A DNA stretch of 64,000 bases from Gemmatimonadota bacterium (GTDB lineage: Bacteria; Gemmatimonadota; Gemmatimonadetes; Palauibacterales; Palauibacteraceae): contig JBHIAV010000009.1 of the NCBI GenBank assembly GCA_046758745.1, forward strand, positions 1-64,000. Reading direction: 5' to 3'. A program made the position numbers and the translations under genes. Of the stretch, positions 34,723-43,548 are shown in pieces. Each line of letters opens with the position of its first letter. The first letter of the stretch is position 1. The notes below the pieces were generated by a model that saw nothing but the letters and a program-made list of their open reading frames with translations, was not told where the DNA came from and ran no database searches.

Positions 34723-37143
34723 TCAGTCTCCCTGCGTGGGGAAGGTCAGCCTGGCGACGGCCTCGACGGCCTCATCGCGCAGGGGCGCGAGTTCTTTGTC
34801 GCACCCCGCCCACGACTCCGCGAACCGGGCGTAGTGCGATCGGGCCTCGTCGGGATCACCGCGGGCCTCCAGAATCCTCCCCAGGTAGAGATCGCTCTGC
34901 GCCACGACGGGCCAGTCGTACGCGTACAGGCTGCCGAAGTATCGCTCGGCCTCGTCGAGTCGGTTCGCACCGAACAGGACCCCTCCGAGCTCGAGGCGGA
35001 GGAGGGCGCCAGCGAACCTGCCGGACCCGAAGCCCGGCAGCCGTGGCAGGACGGCGGCCAGGGCGATCGTCGCTACTTCGCCCTCGCCGCGGCGGAGCGC
35101 CGCGTAGCCATCCAGCGCATCGGCCAGGGCGAGCGTCGTGGCACGAGGCAATCCCGGTTCTCCCTCGACCTCCTCTGGTGCGGAGCGAATCGCCCGTATC
35201 TCTTTTTCGACCTTTTCCCACCGGCCATCATGCGCCGCGAGGGCCCCCAGCCAGAATCGCTCCTCCGGAGCGGGATCGGATTCCAGGACCTTCAGTGCCG
35301 GCTCGACGGAGGCCCGGTCCTCGTACGTAGTGAGCTGCAGGAGAACGAGGCTCACCGCGTTGCTGCGCGAGCCATCCTGCAGCCCTTCGAGCAGGGCCTG
35401 CCGCGCGACCCGCATGTGGCCCGACCGAACCGCTGCCACGGCGAGGAGCCGTGGGTTCTGCCGGTCGTCTCCGGCCCTCCTCAGACGCCCGTACGCCTCT
35501 TCGAGGCCGCTCCACAGGTCGGGCGCAAAGGGAATCGAGGCGATGAGACAGGCGGGCCGGGTGAGTCCCTCGGCGCGCAGCGTTTCCCGCGCTTCTTCTC
35601 GCGCCGCCCCGTCTCCCCACAGGAAGGCGTAGCCCCACTCGAAGTCCCCGCACACCGGCGTCTCGGCATCGATCTGGCGAAAACGATCGAGAAGACGTCG
35701 CACGCCGGCGCTGTCGTGCCAGAAGAACCTGTCCTCGATCAGGTGGACGTAGGCCGGACCGAAGTGGGGGTCGAGCTCGATCGCCCTGCGCAGGGCGCTC
35801 CGGTACCGATCGGGCGGGGCAAGGGCGAGGCCACCCAGGTGGACGTACGCGTCGCCGAGGAGTGCCCAGCCGTCCACGTCGTCGGGATACCTGGCGGTCA
35901 GCCCCTCCAGCGTTCGAACGGCCCGGAGCTCACCCCGGAGGAGCTCGTCGCTCCCCCGCAGGAGCAGTCTCTCACGCTCGGGCAGCCGATCGGCGAAGCG
36001 CGCTGCCTTCGCAGAGTATTCTTCGAGCACCTCCTCCGGCGCCCCCGTCCACGAATGCGCGAGCGCCAGCCGGTACCAGCCGAGGGCGAAGGACGAGTCG
36101 ATCTCGACCGCCCGCTCGAAGCTTTCGATCGCCTCGTCCCAGCGAGACCGGCGGTACTTCTGCTCCCCCTCGAGGTAGGCCTTCAGGGCGGCGAGCGAAG
36201 GGGTGGTGACCCGGCTGAGGTCGAGCTCCGGAAGCTCGGCGTCCGCCGGGAGCAGGCCGGCCCGCAGGAGCTCCACGCTGAGCCGGTCCACCAGGGCGAG
36301 CACGCTGTCGGTGGATCCGTCGATCTGCGCCGTGCCCCGCCGGTCCCCCGTCTCCAGGTCGTATACCTCCGCGGCCACCCGGACTTCCCGTTCGCGTCCC
36401 ACCATGCTTCCGGTGAGCGCGTACCGGGCGCCCAGCTCGCGCGCGACGGCAAGAACCACCTCTGAATCCGGGGCATCCTCGCCGTCCCCGACCGTCCTCG
36501 CCCACATGCCGAGGATTCGGCGGGGGTCGATCTTTCTCAGCCCCGCCACCCCCTCCAGGTTTGTGGAGAGCAGGTCCACCATCCCCTCGCGCCACAGCTC
36601 GAGGTCGGTCCCGACCACGCGGAAGGGAAGAACCGCGATGGCCGCGCCACTGGCGGTGGAAACACCGACGTCGACCGGTCCCCGGTCGGTTCGTGATCCG
36701 AGCACCAGCCAGCCTGTAACGGCGATGCCCCAGGCTGCCGTGGCCACGACCCCTGCCCCAATCGCGTTCCTCCAGGTGAAGAGCCCACCGAGCCTGCCGC
36801 TTCGCGCCTCGCGCGGCAGCGGGCTCTGGCCAGCGCCCATTGCGCCCGCTTCAGTGAATGGGGGTGATGGAAGCCGCTCGTGACGGGCATCCCGGGCCGC
36901 TCGCTCCTCCGCCTTCCACGCGCCGGGGACGCCTTCCTGCACGAGCGCCGTGGCCACCACGATCGGAAGACCGACCAGCAGCAGGATGAGGGTTAGACCG
37001 TACACCCACTCGGGTAGGTCGAGCCTCTCGATCAGCTGATCGGCCACCTGGAGGACGACCCAGGAGAGACCGACGTACACCAGGATGACCTGCCAGAGCG
37101 AACGGCGGTGAGCCTCTACGATGAGCCGTTTGATGCGAGACAT
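34723..37143 (-). CDS. membrane-anchored TolB-N-like/TPR protein (no kinase domain)
   Basis: N-terminal TM module (RRSLWQVILVY...GLPIVVATA), AIAVLPF motif, TTPSLAALKAYLEGE and multiple TPR-like repeats. Confidence 0.8.
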   Translation of the reverse strand: MSRIKRLIVEAHRRSLWQVILVYVGLSWVVLQVADQLIERLDLPEWVYGLTLILLLVGLPIVVATALVQEGVPGAWKAEERAARDARHERLPSPPFTEAGAMGAGQSPLPREARSGRLGGLFTWRNAIGAGVVATAAWGIAVTGWLVLGSRTDRGPVDVGVSTASGAAIAVLPFRVVGTDLELWREGMVDLLSTNLEGVAGLRKIDPRRILGMWARTVGDGEDAPDSEVVLAVARELGARYALTGSMVGREREVRVAAEVYDLETGDRRGTAQIDGSTDSVLALVDRLSVELLRAGLLPADAELPELDLSRVTTPSLAALKAYLEGEQKYRRSRWDEAIESFERAVEIDSSFALGWYRLALAHSWTGAPEEVLEEYSAKAARFADRLPERERLLLRGSDELLRGELRAVRTLEGLTARYPDDVDGWALLGDAYVHLGGLALAPPDRYRSALRRAIELDPHFGPAYVHLIEDRFFWHDSAGVRRLLDRFRQIDAETPVCGDFEWGYAFLWGDGAAREEARETLRAEGLTRPACLIASIPFAPDLWSGLEEAYGRLRRAGDDRQNPRLLAVAAVRSGHMRVARQALLEGLQDGSRSNAVSLVLLQLTTYEDRASVEPALKVLESDPAPEERFWLGALAAHDGRWEKVEKEIRAIRSAPEEVEGEPGLPRATTLALADALDGYAALRRGEGEVATIALAAVLPRLPGFGSGRFAGALLRLELGGVLFGANRLDEAERYFGSLYAYDWPVVAQSDLYLGRILEARGDPDEARSHYARFAESWAGCDKELAPLRDEAVEAVARLTFPTQGD

Positions 37144-37369
37144 TTGGCCCCCCCGACCGTCAGTGAGCGGATCACCCGACCCGCTGTGGCTGAAGGCGAG
37201 CGAAAGCTAGGGGAGGCCCGCGGCGAGTAGCAAGCGGCATGGAAGACCGTTTCGGCGACGGCGGGCGAAAGGAGGTCCGTGCCGGCATCTTTGTGAGAGC
37301 CCTCCGCCGGTCGCCTCGTCAGCGATCCGGCGGAGCATCCCCAGCCGCCAAGCCGAGGAGAGCGCTGCG

Positions 37370-38179
37370 ATGCCCAACCATATCTGCGTGACCTGCGGAG
37401 TCCAGTACACGGAGGGGAAAGCGCCGCCCGCCCGTTGCCTGATTTGCGAGGACGAGCGGCAGTTCGTCGGCTGGGAGGGCCAGCGGTGGACGACGATGGA
37501 GGAGTTGCGCCCCGCCTACCGAAATCGGTTCGTCGACACGGAGCCGAACCTCACGCGGATCGGCACCGAGCCGGCCTTCGGCATCGCCCAGCACGCCTTT
37601 CTGATCCGCTCGTCCGCCGGGAACGTCCTGTGGGATTGCATCACGCTGATCGATGACGAGACGGTGGAGACCGTGGGGAAGCTGGGTGGGATCGCGGCGA
37701 TCGCCATCTCGCACCCCCATTTCTATTCCGCCATGGTGGAGTGGAGCCGCGCTTTCGGAGATGCGCCGGTCTACCTCCATGCGGCCGATCGCCGATGGGT
37801 CACGCGGCGCGATCCCGCCATCGTCTTCTGGGAGGGCGAGACCCGGGTGCTCGGCGACGGCCTGACCCTCATCCACGCGGACGGCCACTTCGACGGCAGC
37901 GCCGTGCTGCACTGGGCGGACGGGGCGAAGGGACGGGGAGTCCTCCTGTCGAGCGACACGATCCACGTCGTGCCCGACCGGCGCTGGGTCGCCTTCATGT
38001 ACAGCTACCCCAACTACATTCCCCTCCCGGCCGTGAAGGTGCGGCGGGTCGTCGACTCCGTGGAGCCTTTCTCCTTCGAGCGCATCTACGGTCCGTGGCC
38101 GGGCCGTGTGGTCATGGAGGGCGGGAAGGCCGCGGTGCGACGCTCGGCGGAGCGCTACCTCCGCGCCATCTCCGGGTAA
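37370..38179 (+). CDS. MBL-fold metallo-hydrolase
   Basis: ICVTCG...CLICEDERQ zinc ribbon, GNVLWDC, IAISHPHFY, GHFDGS and FMYSYPNYIP. Confidence 0.88.
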   Translation: MPNHICVTCGVQYTEGKAPPARCLICEDERQFVGWEGQRWTTMEELRPAYRNRFVDTEPNLTRIGTEPAFGIAQHAFLIRSSAGNVLWDCITLIDDETVETVGKLGGIAAIAISHPHFYSAMVEWSRAFGDAPVYLHAADRRWVTRRDPAIVFWEGETRVLGDGLTLIHADGHFDGSAVLHWADGAKGRGVLLSSDTIHVVPDRRWVAFMYSYPNYIPLPAVKVRRVVDSVEPFSFERIYGPWPGRVVMEGGKAAVRRSAERYLRAISG

Positions 38180-38304
38180 ACCCGGCCGAGCCCCCGGGCC
38201 GACCTGCGGCGCGCGACAGGCCTCGTCGCCACCTCTCCGGTCCTCGCCCGGCTGAGCTCCGCAAAGGGGCCTTCGCGACGAGCTACCGTCCGGGGAAGGC
38301 GGCG

Positions 38305-39180
38305 CTACGCCAGGCTCCCAACGAGGAAGAGGGCGAGCGCACCCAGCCCGAACAGCCACCCGATCCCCCGCGCGACGTCGCTCTCCGCTCCGGTCAGCGG
38401 CTCCTCCAGCATCAGCCTCCGTAGCTGCTCGGCGTCCCCCAGGGGCTCGTAGCGTCCCTCCAGCCAGTCGGCCAGCGACCGGAGGTTCCCCTCGTTGAGC
38501 CGCGAGGTGATGCACTCCCCGGACTCGTCGCGCAGGCAGTCCCGCAGCGGGGCGCGGCGGAACTCCGGCACGGTGGAGCTGCGTGTCTGCCCGACCCCCA
38601 CGAACGTCACCCGCGCGTTGTCGAGCAGCCAGGCCGTGGCGTCCCCCAGCACCTGGGGCCTCGCGTCAGCCCCCCCGCCGTCCGTGAAGAAAAAGATGTT
38701 GAGCGGCGCGGGCAGGATGCGCTGCCGCCCCGCGACGGAGAAGACGCTGCTCCTCTGAGCCTGGACGACGATGTCCCGGAGACCCTGATCGATACGGCTC
38801 CCCACGTCCCACACATTGTCCCACTCGAGCACGGAGAGGGCCGCCTCGATGGCGCCCAGGTCCCGCGCGGGGTGGGAGAGCAGGAAGACCTGGACCGTCC
38901 CGCCCGCGAAGCCGGCCACCGTGAGGCGGGCCTGCGGAGGAAGGTCGGGGAGCGCCTGCCGGAAGACGTCTCTGGCGAGGTCCAAACGGCTCCTCGGGAA
39001 CCCGCCCTCCGCATAGTCCTCCGTGGCCATGCTCAGGCTCGCATCGAAGACGATCAGGTACTCGATCCCGGCGGCGCGCCGCTTCACCACCGGCTCCAGT
39101 GCGGCCGTCAGCGCGAGCCCCAGGCACGCGAGGTAGGCGGCCCGTCCGAGGGTGGTCCAGGCGCCGGGAGCAAGCCGCAC
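38305..39180 (-). CDS. MxaL-like VWA domain protein
   Basis: IVFDASLSMATEDY (MIDAS), SRLDLARDVFRQALPDLP, LEWDNVWDVGSRIDQGL, FFTDG and a C-terminal TM helix. Confidence 0.75.
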   Translation of the reverse strand: MRLAPGAWTTLGRAAYLACLGLALTAALEPVVKRRAAGIEYLIVFDASLSMATEDYAEGGFPRSRLDLARDVFRQALPDLPPQARLTVAGFAGGTVQVFLLSHPARDLGAIEAALSVLEWDNVWDVGSRIDQGLRDIVVQAQRSSVFSVAGRQRILPAPLNIFFFTDGGGADARPQVLGDATAWLLDNARVTFVGVGQTRSSTVPEFRRAPLRDCLRDESGECITSRLNEGNLRSLADWLEGRYEPLGDAEQLRRLMLEEPLTGAESDVARGIGWLFGLGALALFLVGSLA

Positions 39181-39188
39181 GGAGCCGC

Positions 39189-39632
39189 CTAGATGTCGGT
39201 GGGCTGGAGGGGCATCTGGCTCGGAGCGAACCTGTCCGGCGGCCGCGGCTCGCGCGGCTCGCGCGGCGGCACCAAGTCGTTCAGCAGTCGCCGGGCGACC
39301 TCGTAGTTCTTCTTCGCGTCCAGCAGCTCCGGATTCAGGCGGAGCGCCTCCCGATAGTAGGCGAGCGCCGTTCGCACCGCGGCCGGCCATCTGCGACGGG
39401 CGCCCTGCTCGAAGTACAGGTTTCCCAGGTTGACGAGAAGGTGGTCGCGGATCCGGCCGGCCCGCGGCACGGCCTCGGCGTAGGCCTCCGGCGTGCGCTC
39501 CCGAAGCGTCCGGTAAAGCGCGCGCTCCACCGTGAACTCCCGAACCGCATACGCCAGGAGCAGCGCGTTGGCGGCGATGAGCACCAGGAGCGCCTTCCTC
39601 CACGACGGCATGCCCGGAAAGGTTCTCTTCAT
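39189..39632 (-). CDS. MxaK-like TPR protein
   Basis: N-terminal TM helix; VNLGNLYFEQG...YYREALRLNPELLDAKKNYEVARRL; ATGA overlap with the upstream VWA gene. Confidence 0.75.
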   Translation of the reverse strand: MKRTFPGMPSWRKALLVLIAANALLLAYAVREFTVERALYRTLRERTPEAYAEAVPRAGRIRDHLLVNLGNLYFEQGARRRWPAAVRTALAYYREALRLNPELLDAKKNYEVARRLLNDLVPPREPREPRPPDRFAPSQMPLQPTDI

Positions 39633-40558
39633 GCGTGCGTTTCGCTCCTCCGGGCGCGCTCGCTGAGGGCGAAGAAACCGAGCGCGATGAGGCATCCCAG
39701 GGCCGCCGTCCGGCTCAACCGGCTCCAGCTCCGGCCTTCCTGGCGCTGCTCGACCTTCATGAGACGGTTCTCCAGCCTGCCGATCTCCTCGAGCGCCCGG
39801 GGAAGCTCGTTCTCCTTCCCCACCACGAAGGTTTCGCCGAGGGAGCCGAGGGTCTCCATGAGGAGGTGCATCGACGCCTCGGGCGCGCGTCCCCCTTCGA
39901 TGAGCAGCCAGTACAGGGTCACATCCGCCGCCCGCAGCCGCGCGGCGATTCGCTCCGGCTCCCGAAGGCGACCGGCCCCATCCGAAAGGAGGATCACCAC
40001 CTGGCTCGCCGCCCGGCTCTCCTGCCCTTCCAGCAACCGGAGCGCCCGAAGGAGCGCCGCGTCGATGACCGTGTCACCGAGATCGGTGTTCAGAAGCGAG
40101 AGGGTCTGCTGGAAACGCCCCGGGTCGGAGATCGGCGGGGTGTAGACGATGCTGGATTTGCCGAACCCGATCAGGGCCATCTGATCGCCGGCTCGTCGGT
40201 CCACGAACCCCGAGATCGCCGCCTTCGCGACCGTGAGCTTCTTCGCGCCCTCTCCGCCCCCTCCGCTCCACGGCGAGAGCATGCTCGCGCTCTGGTCCAA
40301 CACGAAGACAAGACGTGCGCCCTCGGTCCATCGAACCGTCGTCTTCGGCGGGGTCCGCGGCTCGCTGAGGCCGAGCACGGTCGCCGCCACGAAGCCTGCG
40401 CCGAGGAACCGCTCGGCAAGCCCCAGGGAACGCGAGATGCGATCCGGCGGGAGCACCAGGAAGCTGGAGAAGCGGAGCGCCGCTCGCCGCCGACGCCACA
40501 GGAGCGGAACCAGACAGAGCGGAAGGAGGATCAGCGCCCAGGGTCTGGCGAACTCCAA
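39629..40558 (-). CDS. MxaC/BatA-like VWA domain protein
   Basis: MEFARPWALILLPL N-terminus, FVLDQSASM (MIDAS), RAGDQMALIGF and ILLSDG. Confidence 0.82.
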   Translation of the reverse strand: MEFARPWALILLPLCLVPLLWRRRRAALRFSSFLVLPPDRISRSLGLAERFLGAGFVAATVLGLSEPRTPPKTTVRWTEGARLVFVLDQSASMLSPWSGGGGEGAKKLTVAKAAISGFVDRRAGDQMALIGFGKSSIVYTPPISDPGRFQQTLSLLNTDLGDTVIDAALLRALRLLEGQESRAASQVVILLSDGAGRLREPERIAARLRAADVTLYWLLIEGGRAPEASMHLLMETLGSLGETFVVGKENELPRALEEIGRLENRLMKVEQRQEGRSWSRLSRTAALGCLIALGFFALSERARRSETHA

Positions 40559-41550
40559 CTCCGCCTCCAGGCAGCGGGTCGTTCACCGCCGCGTCGAAGC
40601 TCCAGTTCGGCGAGGCGCGCGGAGAGCTCCACCGCCCGCCGTCGGCTCTCGGGAGAAGGGGCCGCCGGCGTGCCGTCGCCCTCCTCCCTCGGCGTCCCAT
40701 CCCCGAAGAAGAGCGACTCCGAGAGAGCGAAGAAGCGCTCGAGGTCATCGCGCACGGCACCGGCAGGAGGCCACCGTTCGACCAGGGCCTCGAAGTCGTG
40801 TGAGAAGAGGGCCTTCCCTGCCCGCTCCTCGAGAGCGCGATGGAGTACGAGCATCGCGCCGGCAGAGTCCGGTGCGCGGCGGACCTCGCGGTGGGCCCTC
40901 GAGAAGACGCCTCTTGGCCTCCGGCGACGCGCTCCGACGGCCGAAGCTCCCCACAACAGGAGGAGAGCCGCGAGAGAGGTGCCGGAGAGTCGAATCCCAC
41001 GGGAGGAGGGGGGGCGCACGGGCCAGTCCGGTTCCAGAGCGCTGATCGAGTCCGTGACAGGCGACACGGTGAAGCCGAACCCGGGGATCGAGACCCGGAG
41101 CTCCTCCGCGTCCCGTCCGGACCGGAAGAGCAGGGCCACGTCCGGAATGTCGAGGCGTGTCACCTCCTGGGGCGCGTGGAAGATCTGGTAGAGGAAGCGA
41201 AACCGGTACGACGCCCATGCCTCCTCCTCCCGCAGCTGCCAGGAGGTCTCTCGGGTCTCGAGCCAGTCCGGCAGGGAACGATCGCGCAGGACGCGCTCGT
41301 CGAGCGCGAAGCCGGGCGGCACTCGAACCGACGCCCGCAGCTCGAGCAGGTCCCCGACCCGATACCCGAAGTCCCGTGGTCGCTCGATGCGGACCTGCGC
41401 GGAGCTGCTCGTCTGTCCGGATGCGGGGAGCGCGGCGAGCAGCAGGAGCAGCGCGCTCAGGCCGGCCGCCCGCGGGGCCCCTCCTCCCCGCGAGCTCGAA
41501 GGGTGGCCGGGGAGCCGCCGGGCACCCGCGCGTCCGACCGCACCGGTCAC
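40531..41550 (-). CDS. MxaA-like protein
   Basis: Signal peptide LLLLLAALPASG, PRDFGYRVGDLL, YQIF, TM helix, then LHRALEERAG...LERFFALSESLFFG; start uncertain. Confidence 0.72.
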   Translation of the reverse strand: MTGAVGRAGARRLPGHPSSSRGGGAPRAAGLSALLLLLAALPASGQTSSSAQVRIERPRDFGYRVGDLLELRASVRVPPGFALDERVLRDRSLPDWLETRETSWQLREEEAWASYRFRFLYQIFHAPQEVTRLDIPDVALLFRSGRDAEELRVSIPGFGFTVSPVTDSISALEPDWPVRPPSSRGIRLSGTSLAALLLLWGASAVGARRRRPRGVFSRAHREVRRAPDSAGAMLVLHRALEERAGKALFSHDFEALVERWPPAGAVRDDLERFFALSESLFFGDGTPREEGDGTPAAPSPESRRRAVELSARLAELELRRGGERPAAWRRSWSSPDPGR

Positions 41551-41566
41551 GGTCCCCGCAACACCA

Positions 41567-42445
41567 TCACGCCCTTGCCTGCCCCCTCCGGCGGAGAAAG
41601 AAGCGAACGAGCTCCGCGGGATCGAACGGGCAGTGGAGAAAAAGCGAATGGCTCCCGTAGCGGCGGCACTTCTCCAGCAGGAGGGCGCGCCGCGCCTCGA
41701 AGGTCCGCTGAAAGCGCGGGACCAGACCACGCCGGAGCCACCGACGCGTGCGAGCGCCGGTCTCCGGGTCGTACAGCTCCGTCCATCCCGTGCGGGGGAG
41801 CTCTCTCTGCTCGGCCGGGTCCCACAGGACCGCCAGGATCCCGTCGTGACGCTGCAGGTGGGCGAGCGCGCGCTCGACTGTCCCGCCGCCGAAGTGGAAA
41901 TCGGAGACCAGGAGCACAAGGGATCTTCGGCGCGGCAGGAGCGCGCACGCACGGTCCAGCCCACCCACGCCTTTGGCGCTCGCCCGGTGGCGCCACAGCG
42001 CCTCCCCGATCTCCCACGGGTAGTCGGCAGAGCGCTTGGGTGGGAAATACAGCTCCACGTCATCCCCGAACCCTGTCAGGGTGAACCGGTCTCCGAGCCG
42101 GTAGGCGGAGTGGCTCAGGCAGGCGGCCAGCTTGGCCGCTTCAGCGAGCTTGCGTCCCCGTCCCACGAAGCCCATCGAGGCGCTCAGGTCTACCAGGACG
42201 GCTACGTCGATCGCGACCTTGGCTTGGTACAGGCGAACGAGGGGAACGGGCGACATGGCGCGGCGTGTCGCCACCATGTCGATGTTTTTCGGGTCCATGC
42301 GGTGCAGTAGGGAGGCGAAGCCCGCCAGCTTACCGGCGGTTCCATGGAAAGCCCCGATGTGGTAGCCGGGAAGATACCCGGGAGCGACGGATTCGAGAGT
42401 GTAGTCCACGAGCCGGAGGGTGGCCGCGATCTCCCTCCGCTTCAT
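41567..42445 (-). CDS. MxaS-like DUF58 protein
   Basis: PGYH, DPKNIDMVAT, VLVDLSASMGF, SAYRLGDRF, LVLLVSDFH and LYDPETG. Confidence 0.85.
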   Translation of the reverse strand: MKRREIAATLRLVDYTLESVAPGYLPGYHIGAFHGTAGKLAGFASLLHRMDPKNIDMVATRRAMSPVPLVRLYQAKVAIDVAVLVDLSASMGFVGRGRKLAEAAKLAACLSHSAYRLGDRFTLTGFGDDVELYFPPKRSADYPWEIGEALWRHRASAKGVGGLDRACALLPRRRSLVLLVSDFHFGGGTVERALAHLQRHDGILAVLWDPAEQRELPRTGWTELYDPETGARTRRWLRRGLVPRFQRTFEARRALLLEKCRRYGSHSLFLHCPFDPAELVRFFLRRRGQARA

Positions 42446-43470
42446 GGAGCGGGAACCTGCGCGAGGATGCGCTTGAGGAGCGCTTGCCTGAAATCCGGCC
42501 TCTGGATGAGGATCATGGGCTTCACGAAGAGACGGTGCTCGAAGACCTCGAAAAACACTTCGTGAATGTCCTCGGGCGTCACGTAGTCCCGGCCGTGATA
42601 CGCGGCTGCGACCTGTGCGGCGGTCGCGAGGTGGGTCATGCCCCGAGTGGAGGCGCCCGCCACGATGTGCTCGTTGAGATCCGCGAGCCCGTCCAGGCGG
42701 ATTCCGAAATCCGAGGGCTTTCGCGTCGCCATTCCCAGACGGTGGATGTAGCTCACCGCCGCCTCGCTGACCCGGACACCGGAGCGGATTCGCTCCGCGT
42801 ACCGATCCAGTTCGGCCAGCTCGACGACGGGCTCGATCGAAGCGACCGCCTCGTCCATGTGTCGGTATAGAGGATCGGCGATGATGCGCAGCTCCGCTTC
42901 CGGATCCGGGTATTCCACCCGTATGAGCATGAGGAACCGATCGAGCAGCGCCTCGGGGAGCGGGTACGTCTCGGCCGCCTCGAGCGGGTTCTTGGTCGCA
43001 ATGCCGAGGAAGTGAGGGAGCGGGTATGTCCGAACCGCCGTGGTGACCTTGCGCTCCTGCATGACCTCGAGAAACCCGGCCTGCGTGTTGGGAAGAAAAC
43101 GGTTGATCTCGTCCAGCAGGACGATCCCGAGCTTCTCCCCGTGCCGCAGCAGCCGGCCGGCGTAATAGCGTAGCTCCCCCTCCTCATCCGGGAAGGCCGA
43201 GATGAGCGCCTCGGAGAAGAGGAAATCCGGCGACCCCTGAAAGCGCTCGCTCACGCCCCCGATCGCCCGGGCGAAGCAATTGGCCATCAGGGTCTTCCCC
43301 TGTCCGGGAAAGCCCTGGTAGAGGATGTGGCCACGCGCGAACAGAGCGAAGGTGGTGAGCCTCACGGGCCGATCGGCCCCCAGGATGACGCCCTTTACGG
43401 CCTCCTCTACGGCGTTCATGCGAAGCCGGACCTCGGGCAACTCCGGCTCCACTCTTTCTTGTCGGCTCAC
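42442..43470 (-). CDS. moxR: MoxR/MxaR family AAA+ ATPase
   Basis: LFARGHILYQGFPGQGKT (Walker A), LLDEINR (Walker B), ETYPLPEALLDRF, GASTRG and GRDYVTPEDI; GTG start after GGAGGGAG. Confidence 0.92.
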   Translation of the reverse strand: MSRQERVEPELPEVRLRMNAVEEAVKGVILGADRPVRLTTFALFARGHILYQGFPGQGKTLMANCFARAIGGVSERFQGSPDFLFSEALISAFPDEEGELRYYAGRLLRHGEKLGIVLLDEINRFLPNTQAGFLEVMQERKVTTAVRTYPLPHFLGIATKNPLEAAETYPLPEALLDRFLMLIRVEYPDPEAELRIIADPLYRHMDEAVASIEPVVELAELDRYAERIRSGVRVSEAAVSYIHRLGMATRKPSDFGIRLDGLADLNEHIVAGASTRGMTHLATAAQVAAAYHGRDYVTPEDIHEVFFEVFEHRLFVKPMILIQRPDFRQALLKRILAQVPAP

Positions 43471-43548
43471 GGCTCCCTCCGGCGGGCGGAGCTTCCGGCT
43501 CCCGGTCCCGATCGGACGCGTAGCGGATTGTAAGGCCAAGGGAGGAGA

